Below, one piece after another: positions 52,318-64,000 of a stretch of 64,000 nt of DNA (position 1 is its first letter; each line of letters begins with the position of its first letter). Origin of the DNA: Ostrea edulis (Eukaryota). The notes under the pieces were generated by a model. It made no database searches, was not told the DNA's origin, and saw only the letters and a list, made by a program, of their open reading frames with translations. Made by a program: the position numbers and the translations under genes. Location of the stretch: NCBI RefSeq assembly GCF_947568905.1, contig NC_079167.1, positions 34,286,001 to 34,350,000 of the forward strand, written 5' to 3'.

Positions 52318-54372
52318 TGCTTGTTCGTAAGTCTAAATAAATGATTTAATGTATAGGTCTTAAGCTTGTTAGTAAGTCTGAATAAATGATTTACTCTGTA
52401 GGTCTTAAGCTTGTTAGTAAGTCTGAATAAATGACTTACTCTGTAGAGCTTAAGCTTGTTAGTAAGTCTGAATAAATGATTTACTCTGTAGAGCTTAAGC
52501 TTGTTAGTAAATCTGAATAAATGATTTACTCTGTAGAGCTTAAGCTTGTTAGTAAGTCTGAATAAATGATTTACTCTGTAGAGCTTAAGCTTGTTAGTAA
52601 GTCTGAATAAATGACTTACTCTGTAGAGCTTAAGCTTGTTAGTAAGTCTGAATAAATGACTTACTCTGTAGAGCTTAAGCTTGTTAGTAAGTCTGAATAA
52701 ATGATTTACTCTGTAGAGCTTAAGCTTGTTAGTAAGTCTGAATAAATGACTTGCTCTGTAGAACTTAAGCTTGTTAGTAAGTCTGAATAAATGACTTACT
52801 CTGTAGAGCTTAAGCTTGTTAGTAAGTCTGAATAAATGACTTACTCTGTAGAGCTTAAGCTTGTTAGTAAGTCTGAATAAATGATTTACTCTGTAGGTCT
52901 TAAGCTTGTTAGTAAGTTTGAATAAATGACTTACTCTGTAGATCTTAAGCTTGTTAGTAAATCTGGATAAATGACTTACTCTGTAGGTCTTAAGCTTGTT
53001 AGTAAGTCTGAATAAATTTTTCATTGTATAGGTCTTAAGCTTGTTAGTAAGTCTAGATAAATGATTTACTCTGTATGTCTTAAGCTTGTTAGTAAGTCTG
53101 AATAAATGACTTGCTCTGTAGAGCTTAAGCTTGTTAGTAAGTCTGAATAAATGATTCACCGTGTAGGTCTTAAGCTTGTTAGTAAATCTGAATAAAAGAT
53201 TTACTCTGTAGCTCTTAAGCTTGTTAGTAAGCCTAAATAAATGATTTACTCTGTAGGTCTTAAGTTTGTTAGTATCTGAATAAATGACTTACTCTGTAGG
53301 TCTTAAGCTTGTTAGTAAATCTGGATAAATGACTTACTCTGTAGGTCTTAAGCTTGTTAGTAAGTCTGAATAAATGATTCACTGTATAGGTCTTAAGCTT
53401 GTTAGTAAGTCTGAATAAATGATTTACTCTGTAGGTCTTAAGCTTGTTAGTAAGTCTGAATAAATGACTTACTCTGTAGAGCTTAAGCTTGTTAGTAAGT
53501 CTGAATAAATGATTTACTCTGTATAGCTTAAGCTTGTTAGTAAATCTGGATAAATGATTCATTGTATAGGTTTTAAGCTTGTTAGTAAGTCTGAATAAAT
53601 GATTCATTATATAGGTCTTAAGCTCATTAGTAAGTCTGAATTAATGATTTACTCTGTATGTCTTAAGCTTGTTAGTAAATCTGAATAAATGATTCATTCT
53701 ATACATCTTAAGCTTGTTAGTAAGTCTGAATAAATGATTTACACTGTAGATCTTAAGCTTGTTAGTAAGTCTGGATAAATGATTCATTGTATAGGTCTTA
53801 AGCTTGTTAGTAAATCTGAATAAATGATTTACATGTACTCTGTATGTCTTAAGCTTGTTAGTAAGTCTGAATAAATGATTTACTCCGTATGTCTTAAGCT
53901 TGTTAGTAAATCTGGATAAATGACTTACTCTGTAGGTCTTAAGCTTGTTAGTAAATCTGGATAAATGACTTACTCTGTAGATCTTAAGCTTGTTAGTAAG
54001 TCTGGATAAATGACTTACTCTGTAGGTCTTAAGTTTGTTAGTAAGGTCTTAAGCTTGTTAGTAAGTCTGAATAAATGATTTACACTGTAGATCTTAAGCT
54101 TGTTAGTAAATCTGGATAAATGACTTACTCTGTAGGTCTTAAGCTTGTTAGTAAGTCTGGATAAATGATTTACTTCGTATGTCTTAAGCTTGTTAGTAAG
54201 TCTGAATTAATGATTTACACTGTAGATCTTAAGCTTGTTAGTAAGTCTGAATAAATTATTCATTGTATAGGTCTTAAGCTTGTTAGTAAGTCTGAATAAA
54301 TGATTTACTCTGTAGGTCTTAAGCTTGTTAGTAAGTCTGGATAAATGATTCATTGTATATGTCTTAAGCTTG
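52318..54372 (+). repeat. 45-bp satellite, ~45 copies
   Basis: AAGCTTGTTAGTAAGTCTGAATAAATGATTTACTCTGTAGGTCTT; one AAGCTT (HindIII site) in most units. Confidence 0.97.
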
Positions 54373-55152
54373 GTATTAGAACTAACTTCATGTCTGTGAC
54401 TTACTGACAGTGAATCAAGTTTTCGTGTGGATTATAAATGCTTTAATTAGATGGATCTTTTTACATAACTGATACATTGAAGGACTTTAAAAGCTTGCCC
54501 ATATATCTCAACAATCTTCGAATTCAAGGCCTTGATTATAAACCCCTATACATACCCGGTATTAAATCTGGATCTATAAAAAACCTACAAGGTCGTCATG
54601 GTTGTATTGGATGATAGAGTGATAACATCATCAACTTACACAACTTAAACTTAGAGGACAACTTGAATAGATTACATGTTAGGTGATCAATTGTGGGGGT
54701 TTATCACCGCCAGCTCATGTTTACTTTTTCCACCCCAGCGATTTTTATCGCTCTTCTCTTCCAGACCTAATCAATTATAAATACATAATATAATGTGTAG
54801 GAAGAGCTATTGATCAAGGCTATTTACTTTGACAGGTGGAATATGTCTTTTTCATGCTGTAATTTTCTTTTTAAAAAAAGCATCATTAAGAGTTTGTTCT
54901 GAAGCGGAAACCACCATTGGAGGCCGGTGGATCTGGTTCGATGACCTGCGGGGCGGTTTCTGATTGTTGGGATACAGTCACCCGTGAAGCCAACAGGATA
55001 TTTAAATCTACTGTGTGTATTTTCATTCCAACGATTACTGTATTTTCACAGCGCAGTAAACCATAATTGCCCTTCCCGCAACATGACCGATATTTTTGGT
55101 TTATAACCAGAACAGTGTACATCTGAAATATAGTGAAGGACTGTTTTGCGAA

Positions 55153-56452
55153 ATGGAAGTACCGATGATGTATCAAGCACGTCATCAGGTAAGTTATCCT
55201 ACTTCTTACCAGTACACAGAATTTTCTATTTACTTCCTCAATAGCCATTTTATAATCGTCTTGTTTCTCCTAGACTTCACCGCCATCCGCCGACTCGCGT
55301 TTTGATACCAACAGAAAACGAACGGCTGTAGACATGATGGCGCGTGACAAACTTTTCCAGTGGACAGAGTGTCGAGTTTGGATCAACTCCACCATCGTTA
55401 CAGACATCATGGAAACGACAAATCCCGCAGACAAGTCCCCATTCTCCACCCCCGTGTCAGAACGAAACGCAGTCACCACGTTTCTGAGGGATCCCAAGAA
55501 AGAGAAAACTGGAGAGTTGCTTAAGCAGAAGTACTGCGAAAGTATGGTGGGACTTCAGGGGAGCGCCTATTTCGTTTTTGGTCTACCGAGAGTTAAAAGA
55601 ATTGTTAAAGATGTCGATGAAGATCTGGGGAAGGGGTCTGACCAAAGCGAGAGTCTGGACAGACTGCGCGAGACGAGAAATGATCGACTGCAGGAGAGCA
55701 CGTATCTGCGAGAGTCCCGAAATGACCAACTAGGAGAAACTCGGACTGAAAAACTGGGGAATACGAAAAACGACCGTGTGATAGAACCCCAAAACAATCG
55801 GATCGGCGAGTCCAGAAATAACGGACTCAGAGAGACTTTAGACGACAGACGGTATCTGAGAGAGAGCAGCAGACCGGATCGTGAGAATAACCCCCCGGAC
55901 AGCTTCCGGTCCTCGAACAGAAGACAGGACGACTACAAACCAAATCCGCTGGGACAGAGCGGGGCATACGACCTCAGTAGCAGCTTCAGAGAGGATCTCC
56001 GCGAGAGCAGGAAGCCTAGAGATCCAGAGGAATCCAATCTATATTCCTCAAGGGTGGTTCCTGACCGGCAAGAACCAGCAGACGACAGGGGGATGTACGC
56101 TTCCCGAATATTACCAAACCGGAGCCCGGGGGAACTCCGAAAATCCCGCTACAACGATCCTCCATCTAACCGGAGCCCAGAGGAACTCCGAAAGTCCCGC
56201 TACAACGATCCTCCATCTAACCGGAGCCCAGGGGAACTCCGAAAGTCCCGCTACAACGATCCTCCTTCTTACGCCTTCGGTGGAATTCCGGATCAACAAC
56301 CAAGCCCCAGGGAGCAATACAATGATATTCAGAGCTGGCTGCCTTACGGTCAGTCCCCTAAACCCTCTCGGTCCCGAGAAGATTATCCTCTCCCTAATCC
56401 GCCCCCACACCGCGAGGCCAGCGGTCGATACACGGGTGTGATAAGGCGATAG
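55153..56452 (+). CDS. Uncharacterised protein with an R/D/E/S/P-rich C-terminus and three 17-aa repeats; probable exons 55153-55188 and 55274-56452
   Basis: The long, more GC-rich ORF stays open upstream to the acceptor TTGTTTCTCCTAG| at 55273. An upstream CAG|GTAAGT donor at 55188 is in phase 0 with ATG 55153. The repeat NRSPGELRKSRYNDPPS occurs three times (51 bp). No family recognised; the 5' end is uncertain. Confidence 0.65.
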
Positions 56453-58249
56453 GTAACATTGGTCCATGACGAGGAATTTCTGTAACATTGGCGGTATATC
56501 GCACGCAACAAAAGATGGCATTTATTTTATATGACTTGCACATAATACATGATCGAGACTATTATTCAATTTAACCTACTTCTAGATTCTATCAAGTTTC
56601 ATATCCATAGAATTCACCATGTGAAGGTAATACAGATATTGTGTAAACGCATTAGACTGCATAAAGCTTTATATCGAGTGCAATAAAATGTCTACATGGG
56701 TAAATCATTGCTCGTTGAACATTGCCAACGTGTTCACTCATATACTCTGTTCATTAAAGATCAGCTGTGATCATGATTGGTTGAGGACTAGTGAAATGAT
56801 CTGGAGTTTTTCCATGCTGTATTCGATGTATCATACATTTCTTGAATTTTGTGTTGAAATTTGAGCCAGCTACAAGTGTATCGTTCTTGGGGACTTCCAT
56901 TACTTTTAATATACATCTTTTTAGGTAGGACACATGCATATTTAACTTTCACATAACTATCTAATGAGTTAAAGGTCTCTGGGGCAGAATAGGAGTCTGT
57001 TTTTCGATCGAGAAAAATGATTTGCTAATGCTTTCAAAGTAGGACTCGCTGTTCCGGCTGGGACCCGTTCCGGCTTAAAACATACAGCGCAGTCTGTTTA
57101 GATCATGCGATCCTGCCGATATCATAACGTATAATTAGTATAATTAGAACACTACTTACATACATATATACTATAAGTATATGATAATACTTAATACTCA
57201 GAGTCCCGGTATCCACGTATGATTATATTAAATGTTTATTTATATAAAACATATATATATATATATATCAAATTGTGACTTAATTCGCATGTAAGAGCGG
57301 TTATAGGCGTAAATTAACATGTACTGTAATCTCGATCAGGAAAATATAAATCTAGTACTTTTTTTAAAAAGTAGCGATTCGGTAATAGGGATGGTTCTTT
57401 TGTATAAGTTTCTGTAGAATGTACCCGTATAAATTAGAGCAGAAAATATAACTACAATCATGATGCAGGAGAAAATGGAGAAATATAGAACTTTGCGGTA
57501 TTTTATATTATTTGTCAAATCATTTTACAGGTATATGGCCAACGTTTCTTGAAAGGAGAAAGGGCGACAAGAGCTATATATACCCCCCCCCCCTTTATAA
57601 ATCTATAACGAAAAATCCACATTTCCTTATTTTTAATTAATAGAACACATGCCTGCTGACATATTTAGTTTACCAGTATCAGCTGCAACCCTGATGTAAA
57701 ACCGGTACATAGGCAAACGGGCGCTCCGTATTCTCCAAAGCATAATGTATATATATATTAAAAAAAAAAAATGAAAAACCAAGTTTTCTTCCGAAATCCT
57801 AAATCTGCTTTATACACATACATTCATGATCGTAACTCTTCAACTTGAAACAAGGCTTTACTTGCTTTCACTGTTTTAAGTCCATGTTGAATTTTTAAGC
57901 GAAGAGGAAGGCCACATGGGGCCCTTATCGTATCTTGTCCTTTGTGAAACTATCAAAATCTGTTTGGATTCATGTATAAAATTTGTCTATGTTTTTAGTT
58001 ACCATTAAACAATGTTTCTGTAGATTTGATATTTTACATTGTAGCAACGTTTCACTATTTTAAAGTTTTCATGCAGTAGCTTACATTTTTTTTTTTTTTT
58101 TGCCATTTGTACTTCTTCGTTAACGCATTGTGGAAATTACAAGTATTTCATTGAATAATACCGTATTTTTTCTTATGTCTCGGTAGATACCTTCTCTTAA
58201 ACTCTCCGTGTAGACCTGGATGAAGGTCTAATTATAACCAATCTGTCCT

Positions 58250-58720
58250 CTTCACAACCAAAAATCTCATTGGGGAGCATCGAAAATGTTCTACATCCAC
58301 AGAGGAAGATTAATGATTTAGACAGCATGTTAATTACTGGGGCACTAAATTCGTCCATGAATTATATTAAACAAAAGGTGTCATGTGTGGTCCACATGCC
58401 TCATATCTACTCTATCAGATCAAATCGAATCCATCCAAAAGCGCGCTCTCAAGATCATACGACCATTAGACTCCAACAAAAAAGCCTTGGAATATACCCA
58501 AATTGAAAACCTATCCGATAGACGCAAAAATATATGTTTTAAAACTTTTTAAGGATATGGAAGACCCATCCCATCGACTCCTCTGCCTCCTTCCTGATAT
58601 TCGCGAAAACGTATATAATCTAAGAAACTCCTCAAAGTATTATTCACCAAAATTCAAAACAAACCGTTACAAGAACATGTTTGTACCCTTGTGTATACTA
58701 AACCAAAGGCATACATAAAC
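58250..58720 (+). mobile_element. Decayed 3' fragment of an L2/CR1-group LINE ORF2
   Basis: Frameshifted translation VWSTCL...DQIESIQKRALKII...LSDRRK.IC.K.F / PSHRLLCLLP...YNLRN...KTNRYKNMFVP matches the recalled RT-downstream C-terminus of L2-type LINEs. Confidence 0.75.
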
Positions 58721-59547
58721 ATGCAGTGTAATCTGAAAGCTAGTCAGCTGACTTTTAATCCTTATTTCAGACTCTTGACTGGTTAATTTGGTGGGTTTTT
58801 TGGTGTTTTTTTTTTACCTTATGGACGTCCGTTTATTTATATTTATCTCAAAAAATTTATTATGTGTAAATGCTATTCTTTGTCTTTTCATGTACATTAA
58901 TCTTATCATGTTTATATGTTGCTAATATTCTTGTTTTTTTTTTAAAACTTAGTTATTGTTTCAATGAATAAATATCAATCACAACTAGACTCCTCATGCA
59001 CAAGTAATGACGAATCATTGTGTATCTTATTTGATTATCGAGACATCAGATCAGCTAAAGCAGCAGCACAAGACCTCTGCTATAATATCGGCGTCAAAAC
59101 AGGAAGTATTCTCCATCATGCCTGTATCCACCAGAACATTTAAAGTACATGAACACAAACGTTCGGCATACCTCTCATGAAGCGAGTAAGCGTAGCGCGT
59201 CATGAAAGTGCGGTGTTAAGCATTGCAGTTCATACCCTCCAACATTTTCAATGTTTATTTCTAACACATGTATTTACATTCGACTTTCATTTCTATCGGA
59301 ATTCCCAACCGTTAAAATACGTCCTATATTTACCCTGTATTCATACGCGCTTTGTTTACAACTGCAGCATGTTCATGAGGAAATGGCTTTCATTACAATT
59401 TGTAAAGATATGAAAGGCAGATACATTGGAGATGTAAATAGATGTTACGCAGACAACTTTCACCTCCGATATCGAGACATTCATTACCTAATCTTAGTGC
59501 AATTTCCAATAAGACTAACTCCTCACTCTACTGGAGCCAACAACTCA

Positions 59548-60035
59548 GTACTATAAACTTTAGTACTTGACAGTGGGATTGAAGTGGTACTATAAACTTT
59601 AGTACTTGGCAGTGGGATTGAAGTGGTACTATAAACTTTAGTACTTGGCAGTGGGATTGGAGTGGTACTATAAACTTTAGTTCTTGGCAGTGGGACTGAA
59701 GTGGTACTGTAAACTTTAGTACTTGGCAGTGGGATTGGAGTGGTACTATAAACTTTAGTACTTGGCAGTGGGATTGAAGTGGTACTATAAACTTTAGTAC
59801 TTGGCAGTGGGATTGAAGTGGTACTATAAACTTTAGTACATGTACTTTGTAGTGGTATTGCGATGATTCATTGCACTATTAACAGCAGTACATGCAATAG
59901 GTGTTGGTATTGCAGTGATGCTATCAACTTTAGTAATCGGTGTGGTATTGCAGTGATGCTATCAACTTTAGTAATCGGTGTGGTATTGCAGTGATGCTAT
60001 CAACTTTAGTAATCGGTAGTGGTATTGCAGTGGTA
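59548..60035. repeat. Related 39-bp and 38-bp minisatellites
   Basis: GTGGTACTATAAACTTTAGTACTTGGCAGTGGGATTGAA x~7, then GTGGTATTGCAGTGATGCTATCAACTTTAGTAATCGGT x3. Confidence 0.9.
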
Positions 60036-61958
60036 ATACCACTATCAAAGTCAGCAATCCATTCTCTTCCATCCACTTTGTGTTTCAGTGAGGAAAAACA
60101 GAGATGATTAAAATGTAGACTTTATTGTGATGAATTTTTTAATTGTCTCTATACATGTATAAAATGATCTACATTAAGAACAGTCTAGGACTTAAAAGCA
60201 GCTGGAACAATAGCAGAAGCAAAATAATGGACATTCCCTTGTCAAGGTCACAAATTCTGTCTTAGTGCAAGGAATCTAAGAGCTGTCTCTGTCAGCTATT
60301 CACAAATATAAATTAAGCATTGAGCAATAAAACAGAGAAACTAAAAATTATAAAAAAAAAAAAAACCTGATATAAAGCAATGCAGTATATGGCAAACATT
60401 GTTTTTCCTTCAGTATAAAACATTTGAAAACTTAAAATGCCAATGATACTATAGAGTAAAACCCACATCAGTGGAAGAGGTTTCCGTAGCTGCCATAATA
60501 ATTTCTTTGTCCTGGTGATGTGTGATAACAGGACCCGATACCATGGCAACTGACGTCATTGTACAAAGGTTAAAGAGAGACTGCCCTAATTCATTGTCCT
60601 TTGGCAGCATAAACCTCAGTATATAATGTAAAGTGTAACAAATCATGACAGATGAAATATGATTTCTATGCCACATACATATAAATTTATTGCAATTATT
60701 TCCTTGTCCATAAATTCCTGTGACCACCGAGTCTGTTAGTTATTCCGTCCTTCAGAAGCGAAATCAGAGACCTGTATAAGGTGTGGACGGACGGACAGAC
60801 AGATGGTCAATATAGGCACTGATAACTGGCTATTCCTGTACAAAAGGTTCCAGGTTAATGAACGCTCGAAAACTAACCTACAACAAAAATCATAAACAAT
60901 GCACAAGTCTTTAGCTGACTGTAAGACTTCATCTCTCTTCACCTCTCACTAATCTGGTCTTAATGAATCTGTTTAATTGCTGTTCAGTGTTTAATTGCTA
61001 CAAATTGTACAATATTCATTCTTCATTCTTATTATTAGTGGTGTTCTAATCATCGACCATAATCGAAAATCAGTCAATTGTTGGCACATTCTAAGCGCTC
61101 AATTATGAATATTTTAATCCAATTAATTGGGTTTTTTAAAGATTTTGTTATATTGACAATTTAGTTTTTGAAGAATATTCCTGCCGTTACCCAACTATTA
61201 ACCTAAAAGTTTTGTTTACCGTAATGGCGGTGCACATGGAAGCGAAATGCATTTGTCTATATCAATACACGGGAAATTAAGCATGTTCGCATCATCAGAT
61301 AGACATACTTTTGATTCAGACATATAAACAAAGGATCAATCATCAAACAGAATCTTGATACGAGGAAAGCAATGCGTGAATTATGTAGATAAAAACTGCT
61401 TTTAAAGGCCACTATTACTCTGCACGTGCATATCATATTTTCAATTGGTGACAAAAGATTTTTTTTTAGTAATAATAAAATGAATTTCTTTCCTTATTTT
61501 TCTTTGCTGAATTTTAATTGTATTTTAATCATGCCTGATCATCATAAGTTAATGACATGTAACTTTGATATACGGGAATATAACTGACTGAAGCAAACAA
61601 TATCCGTTTTTGGCATGTAGACCCTTCTAAAATTTGTATTGGCTTTTATATATGTAATTGAAAAATATTTAGATAGTAAAAGAATAAAAAATACACACAG
61701 AAAATATCCTTTTACACTTTTTCGGCAATAGAAACTACAAATATAAACGCAGCAATATTCATTTACACTTTTCAGTAGTTAATTAACTTTATCATAGAAT
61801 TTCTAGTTGTCCGATTATAATCGATTAGTAGTTTTTTGTCTTTGTTTTCTCAACTATTTGAACTAATGGATGAAACAAATAAATGTTTCTCATAATATAG
61901 TTTGATGTTATGATAACAATTTGTCTAGTTGTATTCTTACTTAGAATGGGGGACTTAC

Positions 61959-62063
61959 CTAGTACCTCCCATCGATCTCCTCTATCTGCCGCATGCACTC
62001 AATCCTCTCCACCGACAAGTCGGGGTTCATTTCTGTCACCGATTTAATGGCTTCTGCCAGCAA
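61959..62063 (-). CDS. Probable last coding exon of an unidentified gene (LLAEAIKSVTEMNPDLSVERIECMRQIEEIDGRY*)
   Basis: Acceptor TTTGCTGTGTTACAG|, then a 105-nt open frame with coding-like composition ending TAG|GTAAGT. A possible 29-nt upstream exon at 63719-63747 (REKLVTNWQ, CAG|GTATGT) is phase-compatible but weak. Confidence 0.5.
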   Translation of the reverse strand: MLAEAIKSVTEMNPDLSVERIECMRQIEEIDGRY

Positions 62064-63440
62064 CTGTAACACAGCAAACATTTACACTTATCACAGGGTT
62101 AACAATGTCTTTATCTCGAGTAATTATGATGTCACTTATCACAGTGTAACAATGTCTGTATCTCGAGTAACTATGATGTCACTTATCACAGTGTAACAGT
62201 GTCTGTATCTAGAGTAACTATAATGTCACTTATCACAGGGTCACAATGTCTGTATCTCGAGTAACTATGATGTCACTTATCACAGTGTAACAATGTCTGT
62301 ATCTCGAGTAACTATGATGTCACTTATCACAGTGTAACAGTGCCTGTATCTAGAGTAACTATGATGTCACTTATCACAGTGTAACAGTACCTGTATCTAG
62401 AGTAACTATGATGTCACTTATCACAGTGTAACAGTGTCTGTATCTAGAGTAACTATGATGTCACTTATCACAGGGTCACAATGTCTGTATCTCAAGTAAC
62501 TATGATGTCATGAACAGCTACACTTATTACAGGGTCACAATGTCTGTATCTCGAGTAACTATAATGTCATTTATCACAGGGTCACAATGTTTGTATCTAC
62601 AGTTATTATGATGTCATAAACATTTAAGCTTATTACACAGTAACAATAGCTGTATTTATCACTGTCACAAACTTTAACACTTATCACAGGGTAATGATAT
62701 TCTGATATCACAAACATTTAAACTTATTATACAGGTTCACAATGTCTGTACTTATAACTATGATGTCACAAACATTTAAACTTATTATACAGGTTCACAA
62801 TGTCTGTACTTGTAACTATGATGTCACAAACATTTAAACTTATTATGCAGGTTCACAATGTCTGTACTTGTAACTATGATGTCACAAACATTTAAACTTA
62901 TCATACAGGTTCACAATGTCTGTACTTGTAACTATGATGTCACAAACATTTAAACTTATCATACAGGTTCACAATGTCTGTACTTGTAACTATGATGTCA
63001 CAAACATTTAAACTTATTATACAGGTTCACAATGTCTGTACTTGTAACTATGCTGTCACTAACATTACACTAGCTGTTGAATAGTGTAACACTGTCTTTA
63101 CTATGATGCAATTAATATTTACAATCCTAATATACTGGGTCAGTGTTTGTACTAGTGACTATGATGTCAGACATTTTATATTTGCTATCAGATAACATAG
63201 TTACTATGATGTCACAAACATTTACACTTGCTTTTGGATAATATTGGCTGTTACTATGATGTCACATACATATTTACACTTATCAGTGCATACAGGATCA
63301 CATTGTCGTGAGCCACGGCTGAAATGTATGCTCCTCTCCGCCTTCATTTCACTCGTGGCTTGCGACGATGACAGGATCACAAAGTTTGTACTTGCAACAA
63401 TGATGTCACAACATTTACACTTTGTTTATACAAATAAACA
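62060..63440. repeat. Compound 47-bp / 58-bp minisatellite
   Basis: TCGAGTAACTATGATGTCACTTATCACAGTGTAACAATGTCTGTATC grades into a 58-bp unit carrying an extra AAACATTTAAA. Confidence 0.9.
63301..63370. mobile_element. 70-bp hairpin MITE with a 9-bp TSD
   Basis: CATTGTCGTGAGCCACGGCTGAAATG / CATTTCACTCGTGGCTTGCGACGATG, flanked by ACAGGATCA twice. Confidence 0.7.
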
Positions 63441-63454
63441 AACATGCCAAAAAT

Positions 63455-63650
63455 AGAATTTTTCTCCGAGCTTCCACCCCAGACAGAAATAGAAACAATG
63501 CTAACGTCCCTAAACTTAAAATTACATTACCCAGACAGAGAACTAGAAACAATGCTAATGTTGGATTGTCCCTAAACTTAAAATTACATTACCCAGACAG
63601 AGAACTAGAAACAATGCTAATGTCCCTAAACTTAAAATTACATTACCATT
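63455..63650. repeat. ~53-bp x3 tandem repeat
   Basis: AGAAACAATGCTAATGTCCCTAAACTTAAAATTACATTACCCAGACAGAGAACT. Confidence 0.8.
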
Positions 63651-64000
63651 TCAGAGTGTATGTATGTAAATCTCTGACCAATTTGTTGACATGGTTTGAA
63701 TACAAGTTACATACATACCTGCCAGTTAGTTACCAGTTTTTCTCTAACTGGAGATTGTTACTTTTTTATATGCACAAATATTACAAAATACATATGTAAA
63801 CTAAAGTTGGAGAGAAACTGCTAGCTACCAATAACTAACTGATACGTATTGTGGAACCTATTTCTCTTAATTAGTCAGAACCATTGACAAGGTCAAAGGT
63901 TCAAAAGGACACAATTGTGTCAGATGATTTAGAGTGGCACATTGTCCAGAGGGGATGTAATACAGAGCAGTAACCTTAGAAATATTTCCTTGGTTCGATA

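Noticed and set aside
52224-53607. 311-aa and 112-aa ORFs with a 15-aa LRR-like period
   Set aside because: Translation of the 45-bp satellite; interrupted by indels and not supported as coding.
63455-63650. 53-bp repeat as a donor-anchored array (ATG|GTAATG)
   Set aside because: The upstream frame is closed by TAA with no convincing acceptor, so no exon can be supported.

Overview
AT-rich, intron-containing animal genomic DNA. The repeat landscape (tRNA-headed SINEs with a CAAT tail, Helentron/HINE-type elements, many MITEs) suggests a bivalve mollusc, probably an oyster; this is an inference. Genes assembled by hand from GT-AG splice sites and reading phase: the 3' part of ZNG1/CBWD (+, six exons, 590-7473); a two-exon ANKRD34/63-like ankyrin gene (-, 7944-11452); an intronless profilin-like gene (+); a two-exon alpha/beta hydrolase with a large membrane insertion (+); a complete 15-exon OXCT1/SCOT gene (-, 24918-51830, 525 aa); an intronless Qa-syntaxin nested on the same strand in OXCT1 intron 5; an uncharacterised R/D/E/S/P-rich protein (+, ~55.2-56.5 kb); and a terminal exon of an unidentified gene (-, ~62 kb). 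The standout pattern is tandem minisatellites whose unit is the end of an exon plus its splice donor. This occurs at 4 of the 14 OXCT1 donors (exons 3, 6, 7, 11). Similar arrays sit at the exon 3 acceptor, at a candidate first-exon donor head-to-head with OXCT1, and probably at an acceptor near 62 kb. In the four OXCT1 donor arrays, use of a downstream copy would create a premature stop or frameshift. Several transposon insertions are resolved to the base with target-site duplications, including a three-level nest. No database searches were run; family calls rest on recalled motifs.
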